From a virus (Duplodnaviria; Caudoviricetes): 59,303 nt of DNA. The position numbers and the translations under genes are program-made. The notes beneath the pieces are model-generated. The model was not told the DNA's origin. It saw only the letters and a program-made list of their open reading frames with translations, and made no database searches. The DNA is taken from positions 1-59,303 of the IMG/VR virus record IMGVR_UViG_3300008266_000155, one strand, 5' to 3'. Below, in pieces: positions 8,435 through 18,600 of the stretch. How positions within the stretch are numbered: the stretch's first letter is position 1; each line of letters begins with the position of its first letter.

Positions 8435-11400
8435 ATGGCCGGGCTATTCGATGATTTGATCCCGGCAGCCCCAGCCGAGTCGTCGAGCCCGCAAGCCTCC
8501 TCCGGTCTGTTCGATGATCTGATCCCCGGATCAGCGCCTTCATCCCTCCTGGGCACGGTCACGGTCCCCGTCGCCGAGCTGGACGCCGCGACGTCGCGCA
8601 CCGGCGGCAAGGGGCTCGACCGCCTGATCGGCGCGAGCACGGGCGCCGCCGATCCCGCGCGCGCCTACGAGCTGCGCAAGGCCGAGCAGGAAGCCAATGC
8701 CGCGGAAATCGCGCGGCTTTCGCAGGTCGACACCGATTTGCGGCAGGCCCCGGTCACCGAGTTCATTCAGGAAGACCCGCTGACCAAGATGCTGCGCGAG
8801 CAGCGCGAGGGCGAGGCGCGGCGCACCGGCCGTCCCGTCCCGGTCAGCCCGAACGAGATCGCGGCCGATCCGATCCAGCAAGCCGAGATGGTGCGCCAGC
8901 GCGAGATTGCGCGGGCAGGATCGAGCTTCGACGCCGCGCAGAAGGAACAGCGCAAGCTCATCACGACCCAGCCGCAGACGCAGGACGGCGTGCGCAACGC
9001 GGCCGAATCAGCGGCGGCCGGCATCGTGGGCATCCCGGCCGGCATGGCCGACGCCGGGCTCATCGTCGCCAAGGAGATCGCGAACACGCCGGAGGCGAAG
9101 GCGCGCATCGACAGCATGGTGCGCGACGTCCAGCAGTGGACGAACAGCATCGCCCGACCGGACGCCGCGCGCACCGACGAGTTCGGCAGCCAGCTCGCGC
9201 AGGGCGTCGGCTCCACCGGCGGCTTCTTCCTGGCCGGCGCGCTCGGTCAGGCGCTCGGCCTCGGCGCAACCGCGACCACCATGATCGCCGGCGCTCTGCC
9301 GCAGGCGTCGCAGCTCTACCGCGAGGCTGAGGCCAAGGGCGCGACCGAGACGCAGAAGTGGCTCGCCTTCGCCGGCGGCCTTGGGCTGGGCGCGACAGAG
9401 GCGCTGCCGATCGCGAACGCCATGGAGCGCTGGGCCGCGCAGGTGCCGGGCTTCCGCAATGTGATCCGGCAAGGCGCGGTCGGCGGCGCGGAGGAGTCGG
9501 CGCAGGAGTTCGGCCAGTCGGTCGGCGGCAACGCCATCGCGCGCTCGACCTTCGACCCGAACCGCAGCCTGACGGAAGGCACGCTGGAAGCCACGGCCGT
9601 CGGCGGCCTGTCGGGCGCGGGCTTTGGCGTGGCCGGCTCGGCCGCGACCAACCTGCTGCGGCAGGAGCAGGCCGGCGAGCAGGGCCTGCGCGAGCTGCCC
9701 CCGCCCGACACCACCGGCTTGCCTGACATCCCGGGCGCCCCGCCCGCGCAGCCTGTCCCGGGCCGGCCGGACCTGCCTGCCGGCGCCATGCCGGCCGACG
9801 ACTTCATCGGCGCCGACCCGGAAGCCCCGCCGCCTGGGCGAGAGAGCACGCGCGACCAGCTCGAGGGCCTGCTGAACGATCCGCGCTCGGCCGACGAGAT
9901 CCGGGCCGACATCGCCACGCAGAAGGACGCCGCCGAGCGCCGCGCCGATCGGTTCACGGCAGGGCTTGAGGCCGCCGGCATTGCCGCGCCCGTCGGCGCC
10001 GACGCAGCCGCGCCGCAAACCCCGCTGCAGCAGGCCGAGCAGATCGTGCGCGAGGCCGGCAAGGGCTCGACGTCGCTGATCCAGCGCAAGCTGGGGCTCG
10101 GCTACAACGACGCCGCCCGGCTGGTCGAGCAGCTTGAGGCGGCCGGCATCGTCAGCGCGCCCGATCAGGCGGGCAAGCGCACCATCCTGCCGTCCATCGA
10201 GGCGCAGACCGGCGAGCCGGATGCGCCCATCTCCATCCGCGAGCCGGAGGATGTGAACCGCGGCGCCGAGAACTTCGTCATCCAGCCGACGAAGCAGGAC
10301 ATCGATGCCGGCAAGACCGTGAAGCGCCGCGTCGAGTGGAACGGCTTCCAGATCGACGTGGAGACGGAGCAGGGCGAGGAGCGCGTCGGTGTCAGCCCCG
10401 ACGGCATCGCATGGTCGGCCGTGGCGCCCGCGCCCTACGGCGAGATCAAGAACACCAAGGGCGCCGACGGCGACCCGATCGACATCGTCCTGGGACCGAA
10501 CCCCAAGGGCGCGACGTTCGTCGTCGACCAGATCGACCCGAAGACCGGCAAGTTCGACGAGCACAAGGTCTACGCCGGCTTCGACAGCGAGCAGCAGGCG
10601 CAGCAGACCTACGAGGCGTCGTTCAGCGACGGCAGCGGCAAGACCCGCATCGGCGCGGTCAACCCGGTTTCCGTCGCGCAGCTCCGGCAGTGGGCCGCCA
10701 ACCGCAAGACCGACAAGCCGTTCAGCTATCAGCCGCCGATTCGCGCCGGCCTGACCGCGCAGCAGTTCAGCGACCTCAACCGCTTCATCATGGAGCCCGG
10801 GCAGTCGCTCAACCCGGCCAAGCTCGCGCCGAAGATTGACGCGGACCCGGAGGCGGTGCGCGCCGTCATGCAGAGGCTGGCGGCCGCCGGCACGATCGAC
10901 ATGACCCCGGCCGGCCGGTTCTCGCGCCCGAACAAGCTCGAGATGCTGAACATCCTGCAGTTCGTGGCATCGCGCGGCGGCGTGAACCCGCGCGCGGCCC
11001 GCGAGCTGCAGGATCTCGACCGCGTGTTCCTGCCGCGCTTCGGGCGCGTCGTCCGGCTCAACGGCCTGTCGTGGGATGAGCTGCAGGAGCAGGCCGCCGA
11101 GGCCGGCTATCAGTTCGCCACCGACGGCTCGGGCGGCATGGACGTGAACGAGCTGATCGAGCAGATGCGGCAGACCATCGCCGGCCAGCCGGTCTACGCC
11201 CGAGGCGACCAGCTCCGTGTGCTCGAGAAGCAGGACGAGCGCGAGCAGGCGCAGCGTGGCGACGACGACGGCGGCGAGGGCTATCGCCAGGCCGTGCGCG
11301 CCGCCGCCGCCGAGCTGGACATCAAGCTCAACCCCGACGCCATCGACGACGTCGCGAAGCAGATGGCCGGGCAGAACATCAGCGCGGCCGAGGCCATCGA

Positions 11401-12613
11401 GTATTGGGTGGAGGAGGAAAGCCGCCTCGCCATCGCCGACATCAACGAGCGTGCACAGGAGCGCAATGACGATGAGTTCTCCCTCCCGCCATATGACGAG
11501 CCAGGAGAAGCAGAAGGCGGCAGCCTTCCTGCGGAAAGCCTCGATGAAGGATCCGGGTCTGGACAAGGACAGCCGGCCGCGCCTGCGCCAACTGGCGAGC
11601 GCGCTGGAGAAGATCGCGGCCAAGAAGCGGCGGTAGAGCCCGGCGCTGAGGGCAAGCCGCAGACCGTCATTCCAGGCGCCGAGCGCATCGGCCAGAAGCA
11701 GCAGGCCGAGCGCGCCGCCGACAAGCCCCTGCGCCCGACCAAGCCGCAGCGCGAGGCCGGCGGCATGTTCGACGAGGCGCAGACTGCGCCGCAGCTATTC
11801 GACGACGTGCCGGCAGCCGTCGCCAAGATGGAGGCCGAGGTCGACGCGATCGAGCGCGGCATCGAGCCGCCCAAGAGCGCCGGTCTAGCCACGATCAAGG
11901 CCAAGCGCGAGGCGCTGGCAAATGCGACCGCGCCCGAACACGTCCAAGGCGTCGATGACCGTGAGCTAGGCCAGATCGTCGCCGAGTTCAATTCGGCGCA
12001 GCAGTCGATGGCGCAAGATGGCGAGGCCATTACGCACCTGTTCGACCCGCCAAAGAAAAACGAAATCGTGCGGCTGGATACCAAGGCCAAAGCCAACGGA
12101 ATGATGACGCGCGAGCAGGCCCGCGCCCGCATCGCCGAGTGGAAGGCGCACGCGCAGGCTCAAGGCGACAACGACGCCATCCGAAGCGAGAACAGTCAGA
12201 AAGTTGTTCTTTCGCTGTTCGACTACACCGGCGAATGGTCGAAGCCATGGGAGGAGGCCGGCTATCAAGTCTATCGCTTCGACATCCAGAACGATCCTGA
12301 GGTTGGCGACGTCAACAACTTCTCAACGGAGTTCTTCAGCGATTGGTTCGGCGACTTCGATGGCATGGACATCTACGCTATTCTCGGCGCGTGCCCCTGC
12401 ACCGACTTCGCGTCATCCGGCGCCAGGCACTTCGCAGCCAAGGATGAGGATGGCCGCACCGTCGCATCCGTGAAGCTCGTGCATCAGACGCTCGCCACGA
12501 TCGAGTATTTCAAACCGTCGATCTGGGCGATCGAGAACCCCGCGGCCTCCCGCCGTGGCGCTTGTCGTTCGACCCGAACCATCTTGGCGATAGCTACACC
12601 AAGAAGACGCTGA
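8435..12613 (+). CDS. Giant DarB-like polyvalent protein, segment 1 (FtsK-gamma, InPase, N-terminal part of C5 methyltransferase)
   Basis: 'STSLIQRKLGLGYNDAARLVEQLEAAGIVS' (FtsK-gamma); 'YGEIKNTKGADGDPID...FDEHKV' (InPase); 'LSLFDYTG...CPCTDF...IENP' (C5-MTase). Frame breaks at about 12541. Confidence 0.8.
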   Translation: MAGLFDDLIPAAPAESSSPQASSGLFDDLIPGSAPSSLLGTVTVPVAELDAATSRTGGKGLDRLIGASTGAADPARAYELRKAEQEANAAEIARLSQVDTDLRQAPVTEFIQEDPLTKMLREQREGEARRTGRPVPVSPNEIAADPIQQAEMVRQREIARAGSSFDAAQKEQRKLITTQPQTQDGVRNAAESAAAGIVGIPAGMADAGLIVAKEIANTPEAKARIDSMVRDVQQWTNSIARPDAARTDEFGSQLAQGVGSTGGFFLAGALGQALGLGATATTMIAGALPQASQLYREAEAKGATETQKWLAFAGGLGLGATEALPIANAMERWAAQVPGFRNVIRQGAVGGAEESAQEFGQSVGGNAIARSTFDPNRSLTEGTLEATAVGGLSGAGFGVAGSAATNLLRQEQAGEQGLRELPPPDTTGLPDIPGAPPAQPVPGRPDLPAGAMPADDFIGADPEAPPPGRESTRDQLEGLLNDPRSADEIRADIATQKDAAERRADRFTAGLEAAGIAAPVGADAAAPQTPLQQAEQIVREAGKGSTSLIQRKLGLGYNDAARLVEQLEAAGIVSAPDQAGKRTILPSIEAQTGEPDAPISIREPEDVNRGAENFVIQPTKQDIDAGKTVKRRVEWNGFQIDVETEQGEERVGVSPDGIAWSAVAPAPYGEIKNTKGADGDPIDIVLGPNPKGATFVVDQIDPKTGKFDEHKVYAGFDSEQQAQQTYEASFSDGSGKTRIGAVNPVSVAQLRQWAANRKTDKPFSYQPPIRAGLTAQQFSDLNRFIMEPGQSLNPAKLAPKIDADPEAVRAVMQRLAAAGTIDMTPAGRFSRPNKLEMLNILQFVASRGGVNPRAARELQDLDRVFLPRFGRVVRLNGLSWDELQEQAAEAGYQFATDGSGGMDVNELIEQMRQTIAGQPVYARGDQLRVLEKQDEREQAQRGDDDGGEGYRQAVRAAAAELDIKLNPDAIDDVAKQMAGQNISAAEAIEYWVEEESRLAIADINERAQERNDDEFSLPPYDEPGEAEGGSLPAESLDEGSGSGQGQPAAPAPTGERAGEDRGQEAAVEPGAEGKPQTVIPGAERIGQKQQAERAADKPLRPTKPQREAGGMFDEAQTAPQLFDDVPAAVAKMEAEVDAIERGIEPPKSAGLATIKAKREALANATAPEHVQGVDDRELGQIVAEFNSAQQSMAQDGEAITHLFDPPKKNEIVRLDTKAKANGMMTREQARARIAEWKAHAQAQGDNDAIRSENSQKVVLSLFDYTGEWSKPWEEAGYQVYRFDIQNDPEVGDVNNFSTEFFSDWFGDFDGMDIYAILGACPCTDFASSGARHFAAKDEDGRTVASVKLVHQTLATIEYFKPSIWAIENPAASRRGACRSTRTILAIATPRRR
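11466..11636 (+). CDS. Putative overprinted small basic protein (56 aa, +1 frame inside the giant gene)
   Basis: AGGAG 5 nt upstream of ATG. GC3-biased codons switch to this frame while the main frame becomes a low-complexity linker. Confidence 0.5.
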   Translation: MTMSSPSRHMTSQEKQKAAAFLRKASMKDPGLDKDSRPRLRQLASALEKIAAKKRR

Positions 12614-15600
12614 TCTGGGGGCGCTTCAACGCCGATCTGCCCGTCGCGCCCGTTGAGGCGACCGAGGGCTCTAAGATGTGGTCGCAGTATGGTGGCAAGA
12701 GCCAGCGCACCAAGAACGCCCGCAGCGCGACGCCGGAAGGCTTCAGCTACGGCTTCTTTATGGCGAACAATGCCCACGATCATCAGGCGATGGCGCTCGC
12801 CAATAAGTTCGACCGCCTCGACGGAAAGCTGATTGAGCAGGCTATCAAGGTCGGCGTGAAGCCTGACGCCATCACGAACGCCGTCGAAGACTTCTACTAC
12901 ATGGACCTCGATGACGAGGCCGCCAACAAGGCTATCCGCGATCTGATGCCCGGCAAGCCGACGCCGGCCCAGACCCGCCGCGAGGCCTTGGAGACCAGCG
13001 CCCCGCCCGTCGAGGATGATCGCGAGCGCCAGCGCCGCGAGAACGTCGCCAAACTCGATGCCATCGCCCAGGAGGGCGAAAATAAGGCAGCGCCGTCCAA
13101 GGGCGCCAGCAACACCGTCTTCACCGCCGACAAGGCCGCCGCCGCGCGCGCCCGCCTGAAGGCCAAGCTGTCTGGCTCGCAGCTCAACAGCGGCATCGAC
13201 CCCGAGACGGTTCAGGACGGCATCACCCTGGCCGGCTTCCACATCGAGGCCGGCGCCCGGAAGTGGGCCGACTACACCAAGGCGATGATCGCGGATCTCG
13301 GCGAGGTGGTGCGCCCGTATCTGCGCGGCTGGTACGAGGCCATCCGCTATTATCCCGGCTTCGATGCGCAGGGCATGAGCACGGCCGCCGAGATCGACGC
13401 GGCCGGATCAAATACCGCCACGGCCGAAACCCCAACGATTACAGCACGCGCGCCCGCCGAAGCGCCGGCGGAATCAAAACCCGATCAAAAAGCCGAAAAG
13501 GCCGAAAACCCGGTCGCGCCAGTTTCCGGCGTGGCGACCAGCGGCAAGCCCGAAGACAAGTTCCGCAGCATCCAGATCATCCGGAGCGGCGAGCTGCCGA
13601 GCTGGGCGTATGATGGGCTGAACCCCGAAGCGTTCTCCGATCTCGCTGACAAGATGAGCGTCGAGGAGCTGCGCGAGGCATCCACGACGCTGACCAAGAT
13701 GATGCTCGGCGGCCTGGGCAAGATCGCTGACCCCAGCCGCCCGATCAGCGACAGCATGCCGTTGATCGCGGTCATGCAGTCCGAGCGCGACGCCTACCGC
13801 GATGAGGCCGACCGCCGCGATCCGCCGAACCTCGCGGCCAGCAACAAGCCGGCGTTCGCCGATCCCTTGGACGAGATGCGGGCGCGTGGCGCCAAGGCGT
13901 TTGCCCGAGGCGAGCCGCGCATCCCGCCGTCGGAGCTGTTCAACAAGAAGGGCGCGAAAGAAGCAGAGGCGTGGATGGCCGGCTATGACCGCGCCATGGA
14001 CGGCGATGCGACCGGCGGCGTCTCGCAGCCTCAGTTGACGGCACCGCCCAAGGCGAAGACCGGCGAGTCGTCCATGGTCGAGGACATCGCCGACGCCTTC
14101 CGGCTGGCGTTCAGCGAGGGCAAGGGATTCCAGACGATCCTGCAGGCCCGGAAGCACGCCGAGAAGGTGACGCGGGCGCCGATCCAGCCCGGCACCGAGA
14201 TGGCCAAGATCGCCGACGAGGCGATCGAGCTGGGCGTGGTCATGCGCGCCCGCGACATCGTGGACGAGGGCCGCCGCGACGGCAGTAGCGAGAAGGCAAT
14301 CTACGACCAGCTCGTGAAGCTCTACGAGATGCAGCCGAACCTGTCGGTGCGCACGTCGACCAGCATGCGCGATCAGGCCTATTCGACCCCGGTACCGCTG
14401 GCCTACATCGCGTCGCGCCTGGCAGGCATCACGCCGCAGACGACCGTCTACGAGCCGACGGCCGGCAATGGCGCGCTGCTGATCGAGGCGGCGCCCGCCA
14501 AGAGCGTCACCAACGAGCTGAACCCGGATCGCCGCGCCGCGCTCGAGCTGCAGGGCTTCAAGCCCATGTCGCTCGATGCGAGCGCCGGCAGCACTGGCAA
14601 GCAGGCGCGCGAGGCCAACGGCGGCAAGACCTTCGACGTCATCATCGAGAACCCGCCATTCGGCGTGGTGAGGGACGACGACGGCAAGAGCCAGACCTAC
14701 AAGATCGACGACCGCTACAGCACGAACGAAATCGATCACGCCATCGTCATGCGCTCGCTCACGAGCATGAAGGGCGACGGCCGGGCCGTGCTCATCATCG
14801 GCGGCGTCAACAAGCTGATGAAGACGCGCGAGGCGCGCAGCGACGCCTACAACGGCAAGGCCAAGCGCGAGTTCTTCCTCACGCTCTATGGCCAATACAA
14901 CGTGATCGACCACTTCACGGTCGACGGCGATCTCTATGCCAAGCAGGGCGCCGGCTACCCGGTCGACGTCATCGTCATCAACGGGCGCGGCCGCTCCGCG
15001 CGCAAGGTGCCGGCCGCAGACGTGCCGCGAATTATCACGTCATGGGCCGATCTCAGGAACCAGCTCGATGTCGCAAAAACAACTGGACCAGCTATCGGAG
15101 AAGCTGATCGACCTGCTGTCGGATCTCAGCCAGGCCGAGCTGGCGGAATCGCTGGCGCAGATGGTGGACGAGTGGGAGGAAGCCGGCCTGATACCGCCGG
15201 AGTCGGCGGCGCTGCTGCGCGACCAGCCGAGCCTGCAGTCGGCGGATCTCCTGATAGAGGCGGCAAGCGCCCCGCTGACGGACCGGCTCAACTTCAACCG
15301 CAATCAGGAGCTGCCGCGCGCCCTGAAAGCGCAGACGCCGCAGGCGTTCAGCGACGCCCTCAGGTAGCCGAGCAGTCGCAGGCCTCGCTGTTCGAGGACG
15401 ATACCGCCGCCGAGACGCAGCCCGCGCTCGACGCGCCCGACAAGCCCAAGCCGCGCCAGGCGCCGGCCGCCGCCACGCCGGCAGCCGTCGACATGTCGAA
15501 GCCCCAGGTGCCGTACCGCCCGCGCAGCGATGCGAAGGGCATGGACACCCTTGTGCCGGTCAACATGCAGACCAGCGCGCAGGAGGCGCTGGACGATCTC

Positions 15601-18600
15601 GAGAAGCAGGTCGGCGACATCGACGAGTATGTGACCCGCGAGCTGGGCTACAGCTCCGCCGCGGACATGAAGCGCTATCTGGCCGCCGAGCAGGTCGATG
15701 GTGTCGCGCTCGGCATCTACAATTTCACAAAGAACGCCGGCCTCATCATCGGCGACCAGACCGGCATCGGCAAAGGCCGGCAGGTGGCGTCGATCCTGCG
15801 CTGGGCGATCAAGAACGGGAAGACCCCGATCTTCGTCACCGAGAAGCCCAACCTCTACGCCGACATGTACCGCGACCTGACGGACATCGGCATCGAGGCC
15901 ATGCTCGGCCGCCCGATCAAGATGTTCATGACCAACTCCGGCGAGTCGGTCCCGCTGGACGAGGACGGCAAGAACACGCTGAAAAGCCCGCCGGCCGGGC
16001 CCCACCAGATCAGCATGCGGCGCATGGCGCAGAGCGGCGATCTCGAGGGCCACGACATCATCTTCACGACCTATGCGCAGATGCAGACGGTCAAGGGCGA
16101 GGAGACGGAGCGGCAGAAGTTCCTGCGCGCCATGGCCGCCAAGAACGGCGTCATCGTGGTCGACGAGGCGCACAACGCCGGCGGCGGCGGCCCGGCCGCG
16201 CGCGAGAAGGTGAACGACAAGGGCGTCGTCATCATCAACCGCGCGACCTTCGTGCGCGAGATCCTTGGGCTGGCCGATGCGGCGCTCTACTCGTCGGCGA
16301 CCTATGCCAAGCGCCCCGACGTGATGGATCTCTATTTCAAGACCGACATGTCGCAGGCCGTCGATGACATCTCCACCCTGGGCGATCTCATCACCAAGGG
16401 CGGCATCCCGATGCAGCAGATCGTGGCCGCGATGCTGTCGCGCGCCGGCCAGTATGTGCGCCGCGAACGCAGCTTCGAGGGCATCGTCTACGATACCCCT
16501 GCTGTCGAGGTCGACACGGACAAGTACGAGGAGTTCAGCCGCAACATCGCGCTTATCCAGTCGTTCTCCGAGAACTTCGTGAAGGCGGCAGCCGGCAACA
16601 TCGACCAGCGGCTCAAAGAAGACGGCAAGCAGATCACCCCCGACGGCAGCACCGGCGGCGCGGGCGCCAGCTCGACCAACTTCACCGCCGTCATGCACAA
16701 CGTCATCAACCAGCTCCTGTTGTCGATGAAGGCGCAGGCCGCGGCCGATCGCGCCATTGCAGCGCTCAAGCGCGGCAAGAAGCCGGTCATCACCCTGGCG
16801 AACACGAACGAGGCGTTCATCGACGAGTACGCCGAGCAGGTCGGTGCCAATGTCGGCGACGCCATCGGCATCCGCTTCAACGATGTGCTGCAGCGCTATC
16901 TTGACCGCAGCCGCACCGTGACCATCAAGAAGCCGTTCGCGAAGAAGGGCGAGAGCGAGCGCATCTATCTGTCCGACGACGATCTCGGCCCGGCCGGTGT
17001 CGCCGCCTACAAGGAGGCGAAAGCCGCCATCGCGGCCGCCGACTATGACGGGCTCGCCGTCTCGCCGATCGACTGGATCCGCGCGCAGATCACCCGCGCC
17101 GGCTATACCGTGTCCGAGATCACCGGCCGCGGCCTGACGCTCGATTATCGGGCCGATGGGCAGTCCGTCCTGAAAATGCGCCCGGGCTCCGAGAAGTCGA
17201 TCACCGGCCGCCGCTCCGCGATCTCCGGGTTCAACTCCGGCAAGATCGATGTGCTCATCATCAACCAGTCCGGATCGACCGGCCTGTCGCTGCACGCTTC
17301 CGAGAAGGTGCTGAACAAGAACAAGCGCGTGATGATCCTGGCGCAGGCCGAAGGCAACATCGACACGCACATGCAGATGCTCGGCCGCGTCAACCGGACC
17401 GGGCAGGTGGTGCTGCCGGACTATCAGCAGCTCGTGGCCGGCATCCCCGCCGAGAAGCGGCCGGCGTCGATCCTCGCGAAGAAGATGGCGAGCCTGAACG
17501 CGAACACGACAGGCGCGCGCGATTCGGCCGTGACCGCCAAGGACACGCCCGATTTCATGAACGCCTATGGCGACCGCGTGGCCGCGTCGATCATGATCGA
17601 GAACCCCGACATCAACCGGCGGCTGGGCGAGCCTATCAGCTTGGACGAGGAGGCCGACACCGACGGCGCCATGCGCAAGGTCACCGGCCGCATTCCGCTG
17701 CTGCCGCTGAAAGAGCAGGAGGAGCTGTACGACCTGCTGCAGTCGGAATACGAGGCGCTGATCCGCCAGCTCGAAGCCAGCGGCCAGAACGCGCTCGAGG
17801 CCAAGACGCTTGAGCTGGACGCCCGCACCGTCGAGGCGGCCACCGTCAAGCCAGGCAAGGGCACCGCTTCGCCGTTCGCCGATGCCGTCTATTTCGAGAA
17901 GGTCGACGCGAAGCGGCTCGGCAAGCCGATGACGCCCGCGCAGATCTTCGACACCATCCTGACCAAGTTCGAGATGGATGACCGCACCGAGATCGACAAC
18001 AAGCCGTCCGATGAGGCGCGGCTCGCGCTCCTCGCGGCGCTCGGCCGCGGCATCATGAAGGACAAGGCCGGGCAGGCGCGCAGCGCGTTCGCGACCTTCA
18101 AGAGGCAGACTGTCGAGGCGGTCAAGAAGGACGACGCCAAGCGTCAGATGCAGGTCAAGCTCGACGACGTGCAGAAGCGCTGGGAGGCGATCATCGACAT
18201 CGTCTCGCCCGGTCAGGGCGTCGTGCTCAAGACCAACGAGGGCAATTTCTACGGCATCGTCACCGACGTCTCGTTCAGCGGCCGGGCCAAGAACCCGCTC
18301 GCCATGTCGGCTTGGCGCGTGGATGTCGCGCTCGCCGATCCCGCGCGCTCGATGAACGTCCCATTCTCGCAACTCTACACGGCGCGCACGGCGCCGGAAA
18401 AGGGCGGCGATTTCCAGATCGAGATCGCCCCGGTCAACAGCATCGGCTCGATGCCGCTGCTGCGCGCCTTCGAGGACATGCAGGCCGAGCGGCGCGAGGA
18501 CCGCGTCATGGTCACCGGCAACATTCTCGCCGGCTTCGACTTCGTCAACGGCGCCGGCCAGATCGTCAACTTCACCGACAACGAGGGCCGGCTGCGGCAA

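Noticed and set aside
12530-12570. Programmed ribosomal frameshift in the giant gene
   Set aside because: No slippery heptamer, conserved residues seem to be missing, and the four breaks go in mixed directions.
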